DNA from: Camelus ferus
Taxonomy: Eukaryota
DNA length: 64,000 nucleotides
Direction: 5' to 3'
Assembly: GCF_009834535.1 (NCBI RefSeq)
Contig: NC_045707.1
Coordinates: 45,944,001-46,008,000 of the forward strand
The notes under the pieces: generated by a model
Told to the model about the DNA's origin: nothing
What the model saw: only the letters and a program-made list of their open reading frames with translations
Database searches by the model: none
Part shown: piece by piece, positions 38,528-51,625 of the stretch
How positions within the stretch are numbered: position 1 is the first letter of the stretch
Layout of the letters: every line of letters starts with the position of its first letter
Made by a program: the position numbers and the translations under genes

Positions 38528-40336
38528 GGATGCCATTTGTGAGGAAACTGCAGCAGACTTCCAGCTTTTTTTCCTTTGATGACCTTCTTATTTAGAAATT
38601 CTTCTTCCTCTTTAACCATGGTTTTTCTGCCCATTGAGCCCACGCATCTGCTTCTCATCACTGCCTTTATGCACCTTTCCTCTTTTGCATGGGTCCCAAG
38701 CATCCGAACTCCCTTTCTTTTCAAAGCTGACATCCCCCTCTCCAGACCTGGAAAATTTTCTGTTTCCAGGAGTGACAAAGAAATAGGACACAATCCCCCA
38801 GCTTCCTTCTTCTTTCCTTTTCTAGAAGGCAAACACATAAGAACTTTCTGACCTCAGGAATTTGTTGCAACACACTGCAGGCGAAACATTCACAAACACG
38901 GGGTGTTTGCTGGGTTGCAGAAAGCACTTGCTGTTATTGTCTTCAGGCTGTGGGATCTAGTTTCTGGCTAGTTCCAAGGTGTCACCTTCATATGATACTG
39001 GAAAGTTAGTCTAAAGTGCTTGGCCCAGGAAAATTCAGGCTGGTGCCTTTGCTAGGTTTGATGACATTCTGAGTTGCAACCTAAACTTGCTTCCTCATTT
39101 TTGTGGCAGGTATGGATTGTTAGGTCTCCTTAGAGGAGGAAAGAACTTCCTACACAATCCCCAGAAGTTATTTCTGTGGGCTTTTGGCCACTCTATAGAT
39201 ACCTCATCTACCCTTCAAGAAGAGCTCTTCAGCTCTGGTCCTTGTAAATCCTACCTAGTGTAAATAACACCTGTTGTTTATTCCTCAGCATTAAATCTCT
39301 TCCTTTGTTGTAGTATTACCCTAGTTTCTTAGGGGAGCCACCTTTCCCCACTCTTAAGCATGAGGTTTAGGTGGGAAATGCCCTTAGCTCCCCAGTTGGG
39401 CTCTGATTAACTTAAATCAATCAGCGAAGCCCAAATCTGACTACAGTGATTGGTTCAGGATGGGCACATGACCCCATTAAAGGCCATAGAGACATGAGGA
39501 AGTATTTGCTAAGATCTTCAGCTAGACTTCAGCCTGGCTAGTGTCATCTCCTGCAACTTCCTGGATGCTCCCTTGGCTTCAGGCCCTGGAAGTCCTCCCT
39601 TTTTCTCTTGCTCAGCTCTCTCTGTTCTGTACAATGTGCCCCCAGTGCTTTCTTAAGACAGATACTAATGCAGATTCTATTCTAACATTTGGTTCCTTTA
39701 CCTCTTGTTCTAATCTGGGGAGAGGAAATAGGTTTTAATCTTGTGGGTCAACTCTGATCAATAATTATTAGGTCTCAGATCTGTGCTGAGACAGATTCTG
39801 AGGCCACCTCTGGCCTCAGCAAGAAAGTGTGCAGTGACCACTTAGTAGTGTCTGCCGTGGGCATGGGATGGAGAGTGACCATGTACCTTATGTGTTTGAT
39901 ATCACTGTTCTGAGAAAAGATCCAAGCCCTAGCAGTCCCATAGCCTCCCAGATGTCTCCCTGGCTGAATGTATTTTTTCCTGCTTCATGACTCTTACAGG
40001 TGCACCCAATAAGCTTCTGCTTCTTGTCTAAGGAACACTTTGAGTTCATAGTCCATTTGCAAATCTGAAATGATTGACATGCCCTAAAACAAAAGACTTG
40101 TCACCCTTCCTGGCTTATATTATTTGCTCCTTCCATCTGTTCAAGTCTTTGGTGGCTTATTCAGGTGTCTCAGTGGTGTTACTCTCTCTTTCCTCCAGCT
40201 ACAAAGGTCATTTTAGGATTACAGATTTACAATATCAAAATAGTTTAAACATGAATAGACATGATTTTTATCAAGAGAACAGGTGGGCTGTTGATCACAC
40301 CTCCACCACCACCTATGACTATTAAAGTTTCATCCT

Positions 40337-40505
40337 TCTTTGGGGTTTTGTTTTGTTTTTGTTTTTAGCTTTGTTTTTTTTGGGGGGGGGGTCGTAATTA
40401 GGTTCATTTATTTATTTATTTTTAATGAAGGTGCTGGGGATTGAATCCAGGACCTCATGCATGCTAAGCACACACTCTATCACTGAGCTATAGCCGCCCC
40501 CCACC
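40337..40505 (-). mobile_element. tRNA-derived SINE (Vic-1-like)
   Basis: Reverse A and B boxes. TSD aaagtttcatc at 40324-40334 and 40506-40516. Confidence 0.9.
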
Positions 40506-41259
40506 AAAGTTTCATCTTTTTTATAGACATAGCTGGGCCACGCTTTATTCGTGATTCTTTCCTCAAAACCAGCAAAGTTTTTGGCACTCTAGAAATTCTG
40601 ATTCCTGAACAAAATCCACTTGTATTGGCATTTCCTATTTTTACCAGGGGAATTTTCCATTCTGTAATTAGAAACCATTTCTTATATGAGTATCCAATGT
40701 AGTAATCAGTGCCAACTTTCAGTTACTATCCCAGCTCAGAGGCAGATCTGTCTTGAGAGCCCACTCACCTTTGTCAGCAGGCTCTTACCAGTGACTGGAA
40801 TTGTGATGTGGGCTACATGTGGTATTTGCAGAGAGATGTCTAGTCTGGGAGCCCCTCACCTCCTAGTCTGAAATGAGAAAGTGCAAAGGGGCCTGGAGCC
40901 TCCTGCAGGGACTAGAGGATCCCCATGTCAAGATCCTTAATTTATTCACACCTGCAGAGTCCCTTTCACCACGTAAGGTAACAGGTTCCAGGGACTGAGA
41001 CACGACATCATTTGAGGGGTTATTATTCAGGCTACCCTCGGCCTATATAGGTCCCCTATAGGGAACCTTCTGTTTCAGAAAAGGATCTGCTCAAAATGAA
41101 TGAGCTTGGCACTATGTCATTTGCTTGTCCTACACTGTAACTGTTGGAAATACGATAAAGCTGCATACAATCTAATAGATATTTCGGAGCATTAGTCACG
41201 GTTTTACCTGTCGTAGACCTTTGTGATTTGCCACCCAGGATCGATGTCCCGTCTCAATA

Positions 41260-41480
41260 TAGCCAGACTGCCTGGGTTCACCTCCAGCTCTGCCACTTGC
41301 TGGCTACATGACCTTGGAGTGTACTTAACTCTCTGTGCCTCGGGTTCCTTGTATGTAAAATAAAATGATAATTGTACCTCTAGCATGCTGTTGTTGTGAG
41401 AATTAGTTGAGTTAATATGTATAAAGCATTTAAAACACTGCCTCACACATAGTATATATAAGATCTGTTGTCACTATTAC
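41260..41480 (+). mobile_element. MIR SINE
   Basis: gccagactgcctgggttc...ctctgccactt...tgaccttgg...ctctctgtgcctcgggttcctt. Confidence 0.8.
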
Positions 41481-44375
41481 CCAATTTTCCTCCTTCCTTC
41501 CTTCCTTCTTTCCTTCCATGTATATGTTTTGGAAAGAGCTAATTCCACCTTTACCTCTGCTTTCGGTCTGACGTCTCACCCAGGTCCTCCCTGCATCTGG
41601 GGCTTGCTGGCTCAGTCTCTCCAGAAAGAGAACTTCTTGGTCAGGGATGGAGAGTGGATCTGGGGTAACAGTTGACATGCTCCTGATTAACTGGCCCTAT
41701 TTAGTAAAAGAAAGCCCTCCATTCTATAACCTTACACGATCCATATTATAAAAGAAAATAACCCCATAATACATAAATTCAGAATTACTTTGTGAAAGTT
41801 CCTCTGTTCTGGCCTAAAAATGATGGGGCAGGGTGAGTATTTCTGACCCAGCTTTCTCTGTCTTTCTAATCCCACCTCCCAGTACTACAGTCTCCAAAAA
41901 GTCGTCCACTCTCTAGTCTGCTGTCACCTTAGCTTTCATTCTTTTTGCCCTTGTGGATTTTTCCTATTTTATTCTTTTGTAGTCATGGTACTGGGATTGT
42001 AAAAGGGAGAAGAGATTAAAAAAAAGCCTATGTTCAACCCAGTTTACTTAACCATAAAGTCTTATCATAAAATCTTTGAGGAATCAAAAAACTTTTGCTG
42101 GAAAATGGACAGGCAGCCTGGCCCTGGGCAGAGCGCACCTTTAACAAGTTCCTGAACTACACCAGCTTACGTAGAAATTACATCTGCAAATCCTGGTAAC
42201 TATTTTTGAGGAAATGCGAGCACTCAGAAACCTAATACACTTCAGGGTGAAATGTCTTCCTTCTAAAAGAATAAATTGCAAACAAAGAATTAATCCCTGG
42301 GCTTTGTTCAGAGAGAATAGTCATGGTTCTGCTGTCTGCAGGCTCACAGATGAAACCAGCTTGCTTTGGCTCCTACGACCCTATACACCCACGGCCCTGC
42401 TTTGTCTCCTTCGGTACTGTCCTTGGTGCTCCCAAACCGGTATGAGCTCTTTGTCTGGACTGAAGGCGTGTTCTGATGGGCTTTTTTTTTTCTTTTAAAT
42501 TCTCTTTCTTTGCTGTCTCCAATGTGAGAGGCTGTGTAGTCACAGCTAAATAGTCGACTGCCCTCACCCAGTTCACTCTCCTATCATCAGCTGCCACCAT
42601 GACTAACAGAACAAAACCAAGGAGAAATGAGGACGTAATTCAGTCATCTGGAAATGACATTTGAGAAGCGCCAGTTACTGACTCACTTACCTTGAAATAA
42701 TACATCTTGACATCTTGGGGGTCAGAATGAACTGCCCGTTCAGATAATTTTCTATAAATTTCTCCAAACATAGCCCTCAAGCCCCTCTTACCTCACCTCT
42801 CCACACCCAAACAACCCACATAATAAATTGCGATGCCAGGGAAGGAGCCAGGTGTTGGGGAAACCAAAGCTTTTATGGTTTAGAGAGAGGTAGTCTCCTT
42901 CTTCAGGAAAGAGAGTGTAAAACTGGGAACATACAATTAAGTTTGAAACTGAATATTTACTTAACAAGGGGAAAGAAATTACAGCAAGGCACAAAATTTA
43001 AAAAGCTGACAAATACTTCAAAAATCTAGAAAAATAATAGCTGCATTATTTAGCGGCTTGACACATCTCTTTAATATTCTTCTCTCTTTATTTTTTGGTG
43101 ACATACCTTTATATACTTCTTTTGACAGTGATTTTGTAATATAGTTTTCTATAGAAAGATTATTCAGTCTTTCCTCTAGTATGGTTGAATAAAATTTTTT
43201 TATTGATATGTTAGAAAAGGTTTTTCAGCCTCAGAACTGGTTATTGGTAAGTCATGTAATTTTTAAAAATTATTGTTAAATTTGGGAGACCCTACCACAA
43301 GTTTCTTTAATATATGAGCTGTAAGAATTCATGTGTATTTTAAGTTTTCTTGCACAGGGAGTAATCTCAAATACTTTTTGAATTGTTGACCTTCATTAAC
43401 CAGTTTGTCATTGATAACCCCATTTTTCTGGTGGATTATGATGTCAGTATATCATGTTAGATTAAGAAGAGATAGATATCAAATAATATAAAAGCTTATT
43501 CTTTATTTCTACTCAAAACTTATTTCTTCCTCTTTGTGAATGACTACTTGGATATAATTTGAAAAAAGAATTTTGGCCTATAATTTGCTTCTCAACATTA
43601 GAATAATTTCTATTGATTTTATTGCTTATTTATGACTCCCTTTCTCTTCCAATTCCTACCTAACTCCATTCTGCACCCTGCAGGGCCTTTCACATGTGTG
43701 GACACTCTCGTCCATACATCCCAGCTTTGTCCATAACCTCCAGCAAACTGACATGCCTTGGCCACCTCTTGGTCCCAGAGGTGTGCATTCCTGTGGCATG
43801 GTCCACTATTGGAAGTCTGGACTCAGGGGAGAGGCCCAGGTAGATCCTGGGAGCAGGCTAAGGGCCATTTGAACAGGGAATTTTGTAGTCCTGGGTACTT
43901 AAAGTATCCAGGCAAGAAGAGGAGGGTGTGAATCCCAGGTGGGTGAGCCCTTGGACCCTGCAGACTTCTCATCCAGAGGGAAGGGGTGTAGCAGGAGGAG
44001 AGCTGCAGTGAGGCCCTCTAATATGTGGGGCCCGAGGCAGGAGCCCCTGTAGCTCAGGTCCAAAGGCAGGGCTGATACCCACCTCCACTTTCCTTTAACC
44101 AGATCTCCAAAGTGCCCACAACCAGTACAATCCCACTCAATAGGAGGGGAGTGTGATGCAAATTTTGCTAAAACATGAGACCACCCTGAACACATTAGTA
44201 GGGCCCTTTTGGCACCTTGGAAGGGACCCATGCAAGCAAGGTGTTTCTTTGATTTCACAGTAAGTTGTCTCGGTGTAATGTGTAACAGTCATCTCATGAT
44301 CTGACATGTTGAATAAACATCACTCTCCAAGCTGGACTCAGATTTGAATTTTTGTCCTCATTCAGAGCCAAAGTT

Positions 44376-45714
44376 TATATATATATGTGTGTGTGTATAT
44401 ATATATATATTTATTTATTTATTTATTTATTTATTTATTGAAGTATAGTCAGTTTACAATGTTGTGTCAATTTCTGGTGTACAGCACAATACTTCAGTCA
44501 TACATGAACATGCATATATTCATTTTCATATTTTTTTCACCATAAATTACTACAAGATATTGAATATAGTTCCCTGTGCTATATAGTATAAACTTGTTGT
44601 TTATCTATTTTATGTATATTAGTTAGTATCTGCCAAATCTCAAACTCCCAGTTTATCCCTTCCCACCACCTTCCCCCTCAGTAACCATAAATTTGTTTTC
44701 TATGTCTGTGAGGCTGTTTCTGTTTTATAAATAAGTTTGTCTTTTTTTTTTTTTTGATTCCACATATGAGTGATATCATATGGTATTTTTCTTTCTCTTT
44801 CTGGCTTACTTCACTTAGAATGACAATCTCCAGGTCCGTCCATGTTGTTGCAGATGGCATTATTTTATTATTTTTTATGGCTGAGTAGTATTCTGTTGTA
44901 TAGATATACGACAACTTCTTTATCCAGTCATTTGTTGATGGACTTTTAGGTTGTTTCCGTGTCTTGTCAATTGTAAATAGTGCTGCTATGAACATTGGGG
45001 TGCATGTATCTTTTTGAATTAAGTTTCCCTCTGGATATATGCCCAGGAGTGGGATTGCTGGGTCATATGGTAAGTCTGTTTTTAGTCTTTTGAGGAATCT
45101 CCATAGTGTTTTCTATAACGACTGCACAAACTACATTCCCGCTAACAGTGTAGAAGGGTTCCCTTTTCTCCACAGCCCCTCCAGCATTTATTGTTTGTGA
45201 ACTTTTGAATGATGGTGATGGTGTGAGGTAAAAACTCATTGTAGTTTTGATTGACATTTCTCTGATAATTAGCCATATTGAGCATTTTTTCATATGCCTA
45301 CTGGCCATTTGTATATCTTCATTGGAGAATTGCTTTTTTAGGTCTTCGCCCGTTTTTGGACTGGATTGTTTGTTTTTTTTTGTTACTAAGTTGTACGAGC
45401 TGTTTATATATTCCAGAAATTCAGGCCTTGTCAGTCTCATCTTTTGCAAATATTTTCTCCCATTCCGTCGGTTGTCTTTTTGTTTTGCTTATGGTTTTCT
45501 TTGCTGTGCAAAAGCTTATAAGTTTAATTAGGTCCCATTTGTTTATGTTTGCTTTTATTTCTATTGCCTGGGTACACTGCCCTAGGAGAACATTTATGTC
45601 AGAGAATGTTTTGCCTCTGTTTCCTTCTAAGAGGTTTATAGTGTTTTGTCTTATACTTAAGTCTTTAAGCCATTTTGAGTTTATTTTTGTGTATTGTATG
45701 AGGGAGCGTTCTAT
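44376..45714 (-). mobile_element. 5'-truncated L1 with microsatellite tail
   Basis: ORF2 C-terminus (MFIAALFTI..., YYSAIK...), 3'UTR, and a (TTTA)n/(TA)n/(TG)n tail. Confidence 0.95.
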
Positions 45715-45781
45715 CTGTTTTACCAGCTATTGGGGGCATTTCTTATCCCAGTCAAATTGACATATAAAATTAACCATCACA
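45715..45781 (-). mobile_element. MLT2 LTR 5' fragment
   Basis: Reverse complement tgtgatggttaattttatatgtcaatttgactggg...tagctggtaaaaca matches the recalled MLT2 start. Confidence 0.75.
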
Positions 45782-46245
45782 CCATCTCACATTTTCACTC
45801 TAGAACTTTATATTTGTCACAGAGTACTTTTTAACTAATAGGCTATTTTATTTTATAATGAAGCTCACCCTGGGTTATAAAATGAGCAGAAGAAAATGCA
45901 TAAATTTCTTTTACTGGATCAAAATAGAGTGCTCAAATTACTATAATCCAATTTCCATCCTTCAGAGTACATTATTATTATAAAAAGGCATTTGGTTAAT
46001 TTAATATCACCATAAATACAAAATGTAGATTAATTTAAACCTGCTTAAAGTGAGATCTTTGGGGATTTTTCTTAATTCCCTGCTAGGCAAAATTGAGGAG
46101 AGTGCTTTTTGTTTTGTTTTGTTTTGTTTTGTTTTGTTTTCCTGTGTTTTTAAATGTTTCAGCATAGTGAGTTGAGTTAAACTTAACGGAGTGCCAAAGT
46201 GACATAAGAAAAAATACATTTTGGGTTTTCTCCATGTCAGGGGAT

Positions 46246-46703
46246 GCACTCGTTTCCTAGTGATGCCAAAACAATGCACCCAAAACTGGATGGCTTAAAA
46301 TGATAGGAATTTATTTTCTCAGATCTGGAGGCCAGAAGTCCAAAAGCAAAGTGTCAGCAGGGCTGTGTGCCCTCTGAAGGTGCTGGGGAAAGGACTATTC
46401 CATGCCTCTCTCCGGGCTTCCTGTGGCCTCAGGCACTCACTGGCTTGCAGATGCATCACTCCAGCCCTCTGTCTTCACACCGTCTTCCCTCTGTGTGTCT
46501 GTCTCCATGTCCAAATATTCCCTTTTATAAGGATACCAGTTATATTGGATTAGGGCCCACTCTACTGGTCTCATTTTAACTTAATTACCTCTGTAAAAAC
46601 CCTATTTCTGACTTAGGTCCCTTTCAGAGGTATTGAAAGTTAAGACTTCAGCATACTCTTTTGGTGGGGGCAGGATAGGGGAGGGCACAATTCAACCTGT
46701 AAC
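46246..46703 (-). mobile_element. MLT1C-like LTR
   Basis: tctggaggccagaagtccaa...ccttttataaggataccagttatattggattagggccc...cacaattcaacctgtaaca. Confidence 0.85.
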
Positions 46704-47379
46704 AGAATGTTCACATTTTTGTACCCTTTAGGGTGATTTTTTGAATGAGGGGGACTTGTATATACATTCAGAACCAAAAGATGTATTCTAACTTTGCTTT
46801 TTTAAGGAACAGTTAGAACTTCTATTTGTCTTTAGGGAAGTTATTCAACAACTGCCTAGTCGGCATGAACTACACATGAGGTACTATACTGAGCACTATT
46901 GATGAACAAAACAAAGTCCCAACGGCAGGGGATCTCACTCACTGTCTAATGGGTTCCATGGATAGGAAAACAATTCTAATGTACCCTGAGAAGTGTTCTA
47001 TTAGAGATCTAAGGAGGGGATCTGGGGCTCAAACAGTAGTGTCTGGGGATGGAGTCAGGGCTGGATCAGGAGTGTGGCATCCACCAGGAGCTAGGGAAGA
47101 GCAGAGCTGGTCTGAGAAACTGTGTGCATGGACCCATTGAGCAGAGGGTGCTAAGAGAAGCAGGGCCATCTGCGGTTGCTGCTCACGGCTGCACGGGCAA
47201 AGGAGTGGCGAGTGGCAGAGAGAGGATGAGGGCCATGCTGGGAAGGTGGTGAGCCACTGAATTTCGTAATCAAGGGAGTGACATTATCAGTTTTAGAAAG
47301 ATGAATTTGAGAACACCACTGTCAAGGGTAGATTTTTGTTTATACTTATTTCCAAATTTAAACTCCATTTCCTTGTCCT

Positions 47380-48350
47380 CATTTTACTAATCTCTCAACT
47401 GCTTTCACCAGAGGTGACTGCTTCCTTCTTTTTAAAATAGTTTCCTCTCCTGGCCTCTGTCTCTCTGACTCTGGTTTCCCTGCTGGGTCACGGCTTCTCA
47501 TTCTTGCTGACTCTTTGTCCTTGAGTCGCAAGACTCATGCAGGGACTTTCTCCCTCCTCTTCTCCTTTCTAATCTTCCTCTTTTTGGATGATAGCATCCA
47601 GCTCCACGGCTTCAAATTTGTACCCTAGGCCTGGTCTCTCCCTTAAGACCCAGACTTGTCCATCTGTCTGCCACTCAAGTTCCTATAGGCACCTCAAACT
47701 CAGTATCTTAAGTCTGTCTCTTTCCAAGACTTCCCCAGCTCAGTAAATGACACATTTGCCCAAGCAGTTGCTCAACCTGCAGAGACAAGATTTGTCTTTA
47801 ATTCCTCCATTTCCTTCATCTCCCACATACAAACCATCTCTGGATCTTCCTGGTCCTACAACCAAAATATATCTTTAATCCATCCTATCACTGCGTTAGG
47901 CCAGATCCCCACTATTATCTAGGTAATTGCAGTGGTCTCCCAACTGGTCTTCCCACACATGCCCTTATCCATTCAATTTCCACCCAGCAACCCTAATTCT
48001 CTTACTAGAATTTCAACCAGATACGCCAGTCAATGTGGAACCTGAACTTCTTACTATGGCTTGAAAGGCCTACCATGATCTGTTTCCTATTCCTCTTTAA
48101 TGTCATCATTGCAACCACTGTCTTTCCTTCTGTTCCTTGAATACACCCACCCCTTTCCCACCTCTGGGCCTTTGCATGTGCTGTTCCCTCTGTGTAGAAC
48201 CCTCTCCCTGAACTCTTTCTCACCCTTCAGGACTTAGTTCACATGTCACCTTCCTAGCCTATCCATCTAAAGGTGGTCTCCATCCCTATTACTCTGTCAT
48301 ATTTGGTTTTTACTTTTTAAAAATTACCTTGTTTATTTTCATTAGAGCAC
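47380..48350 (+). mobile_element. L2 LINE fragment
   Basis: ggcacctcaaactcag...ggcctttgcatgtgctgttccctctg motifs. Confidence 0.7.
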
Positions 48351-48886
48351 TTTTCAAAATATGCATGTATGCTTGTTTATTTATTTATATTTTATTTCTT
48401 CCTCTTGTCTCCAAACACCATTCTCTGCCTCCATTCTTTAAGTTAGAACCCTGTGTACAGTACTTGTTACACAACATGGTACCCTGAAGAGATTTCTAAA
48501 TACCCACCATCCATCAAGTAGCCCAGTGCTCTCATCACTGTACCTCCTTGTTTACATTATATAATTTGATCTCCCCAACAATCCTATTATCCCCGTGCTA
48601 TCAGTAAAGAAACTGTTTTGGAGGGTGAGATGATTTGCCCAAGGCCACAGAGCCACTAAGAAGAGATGGAGGCAGGATCTGACCCATGACTGTCTGGTTC
48701 TGAAGCCCTTTCTTTTTCTACCATGCCACACGCCTCAGTCCCTGGCCCTTAGAGGAGCCAGAAGGAATACAGAGAAAACATAACTTACATTGCTACTTCT
48801 TTTCTTCTTTTGCTTGACTTAGTTATTTATTTATTCTATTCTTTCAGATTTTCTACATAGACAATCATATCATCTGTGAACAAAGA

Positions 48887-48975
48887 TTTTTTTTTTTAAG
48901 TGGAGGTATTGGGCATTGAACCCAGGACCTTGTGCATGCCAAACATGTATTCTACCACTGAGCTATACCCTCCTG
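48887..48975 (-). mobile_element. Short tRNA-derived SINE (Vic-1-like)
   Basis: Poly-T then tggaggtattgggcattgaacccaggacc...ctaccactgagctataccc. Confidence 0.85.
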
Positions 48976-51014
48976 CCTTTTTGGGGGTTTGTTTGTTGTT
49001 TTTGTCTAACTTGACCGACTTTAGTGGGCATTTTAGTGGATAAACATTCATTGGCTCATCATCCTTCCATTTGGGGAACTACTCTTTCCTGTGCCATAGG
49101 AATCCTGCCTAGCCATGTGGTGCCAAGGAGATTAACACCACTCCTCCCTTCCCTACCCTGAGTGCACATGTGACATGGGCTGGCCAGTCAGAATATACCT
49201 CGCCCAGGTCTCCATACCAATACAGAAAGGAGCATGTGATCTTAACTAGGCCACTCAGCATCCTCTCTGGGACTTTGCTGGAGCTCTGGGGACAGTTGTT
49301 CCTTCAGGATCCTCATTTATTAGCACCAGAGTAGTCAGGAGCTGCAAAGGGCCATCTTAGCTACATAGAGAGAGGATGCTGGAAGAGGAAGCCAAATAGA
49401 AAACAGCAGAACTGAGAGATAGATGGAGAGAGAAACAGAATCAGAGACTAAATAACATAATTTGAGCACTCAATCCCAACCATTTACTTATTTGATTACT
49501 TGATTAGTATCTAGCTCCTTACTAAACTTCCTCCACAAGGATAAGAATTAGGTCTTGCTTTTGTTCACCATTGTCTCCCCAGTGCCAAAGGCAGTGCCTG
49601 CCATGTAGTCAGGTTCTCCAGATGTTTCTGAATGATTGAAGAGTATTGATTCTGCTGGCAGTGCTTGCAGTGTCTGAGTACACAGTATAATGATAATATT
49701 CAAGAGAAATCATTTCTATTTCCATCTTTTGGAATGAGCTGCCAGGGTATATGAGGCTTGCTTAAAATTGGAGGAAACTTAATCTTAGAGTACATTTAAC
49801 CTTCTGATGTATAATGGGATATGTAATAAGAATTTAGGTTATAATGGATGTGGACTGAAACTGGGCAGGGATAATGCATTCTGGCTCTGTTCTTTAGAAA
49901 TGTGTGTGATGTCTGAGGCACTGTAATTTAATTTGACTTTAATACGTCTTTAAGCACACTGTCAGATTATAACCAGATTCATCACTCACTCGGAGGCCAA
50001 AAATAGAAGATACAAGAGGTTAACATCACCCAGCAATGAGCGTTTCCTCAGAGAGATGGATGTAAATCAGAGGAAGCATGTCACTCCCTTCCATCCACCA
50101 CCACAGGCTGGGTATGCCCGGTGCCTGGCAATTGTTTCAGGGTGAGATGACTCCTGAGCTGAAATTGCCGTCATTTGGGAGAGGCAGTTAGAAAGGGTGT
50201 CAGAAGATGTGATGACTGAAAACCAGACCCCCGTCAGCCCTTGGTAAGCATCCCTTATGGACCCTGGTCCCTGATGTCCCACTGCTTTCATTTGGTGTCC
50301 AAGGAAGCAGTTCCAACAGAGAGATGGGCTATGGGAAAGGAAGACGATTTGGTACTTCTCTTGACTTTTTCTGGAAAAACTACTAATTTTTCATTGTGTC
50401 CTAACTTCCCTCTTGGTAAAATAAAAATGGTTTAGGTTTCCCCTCCCCTCTGGAGTCTGCCAATTCCTTAGAGATCCTCAGAGGAGTGGCAGTATGAAAA
50501 TAAAGGATGCAGCACTCTCAAGTAGAATCAGTATCAACTGTATTGTCAGAGATTCATTCTTGTCTCCTGGCCCTCTTGGCCTCTGCAGTGCAGACACCAG
50601 CATCTTTGCCTGAGGAAGGCTGTTCTCTCTGAAACCCATGGTCCCCGAGGGCTCCCGCTACTCTCTCTGACCTCGGAGTGATATGCTGGCAAAAGCAAAT
50701 TTACATCTTCACTTATCTGGGGTTTTTTTCCTTTGGTAAAATTCATATAACATATCTCCATATCTCTGCTTTTCTCACTGCTTAGGAATGTGGGCCTTGA
50801 GTCAGAGTACTTAGGTCTAAAATCTTATTCCACCATTTGCTAGCTATATGACTTTGGATAAACTATTTAATATATCTAAGCCTTACTTTCCCATCTGAAA
50901 AAATGGGAACAAAAAGTATTTCTCTAATAAAGATATGGTGACATTAGAGATACAAAGTTCTTACAGTACTTATAGTACATGGCAAGTGCTCCATAAATGT
51001 AAGCTCTCATATTA

Positions 51015-51625
51015 TTTTAAAAAATGCATAACATAAAATGTACCATTTTAACCATCAGTGGCATTAAATACATTCACATTGTTGTGCACCCATCACATGT
51101 GTCATCTCCAGAATAGTTTCATTATTCCAAACTGAAATTTCTGTGTCCGTTAAAAAAACTAACTCCCCATCCACCCTCCCTTAACCGCTGGCAACTTCCA
51201 TTTTATTTTCTGTCTCTATGAATTGGCCTTTTCTAGGTACCTCCTATAGGGGAATCATACAATATTTGTCCCGCGTCTGGCTTATGTCACTTACCACAAT
51301 GTTTTCAAGTTTCATCAGCATGTGTCAGAATTTCATTCCTATTTAAGATGGAATAATATTCCACTCTATGTATATACTGCATTTGTTTATCCATCTATGG
51401 ACATTTGGGTTGTTTCCACCTTTTGGCTCTCGTGAACCATATTGCTGTGAACATTGGTGTTCAAGTATCTGTGTGAGTCCCTGCTTTCAGTTCTTTTGAG
51501 AGTACACCTAGGAGTGGAACTGCTGGGTCATATGGTCATTTTATGTTTAGGTTTTTGAGGGACCACCAAACTGTTTTCCACAGTAGCTGCACCGTTTTAC
51601 ATCCCCACCACTAATGCATGATAGT
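51015..51625 (-). mobile_element. L1MB/MA-like 3' region
   Basis: gtggcattaaatacattcacattgttgtgc...tggacatttgggttgtttccacc...ttgagggaccaccaaactgttttccacag. Confidence 0.85.

Larger units (their letters stand above)
28746..42900 (-). pseudogene. Candidate unannotated multi-exon gene or unitary pseudogene, product unknown
   Basis: Phase-compatible AG..GT-bounded segments at 42900-42691, 41696-41580, 40867-40769, 37702-37641, 36668-36306, 32207-32155, 30628-30481, 29238-28971 and from 28820. Assembled by hand; no homolog recognised. Confidence 0.45.

Noticed and set aside
41207..41260. Minus-strand ILRRDIDPGWQITKVYDR segment with a donor site
   Set aside because: It has no credible acceptor and runs directly into a MIR.
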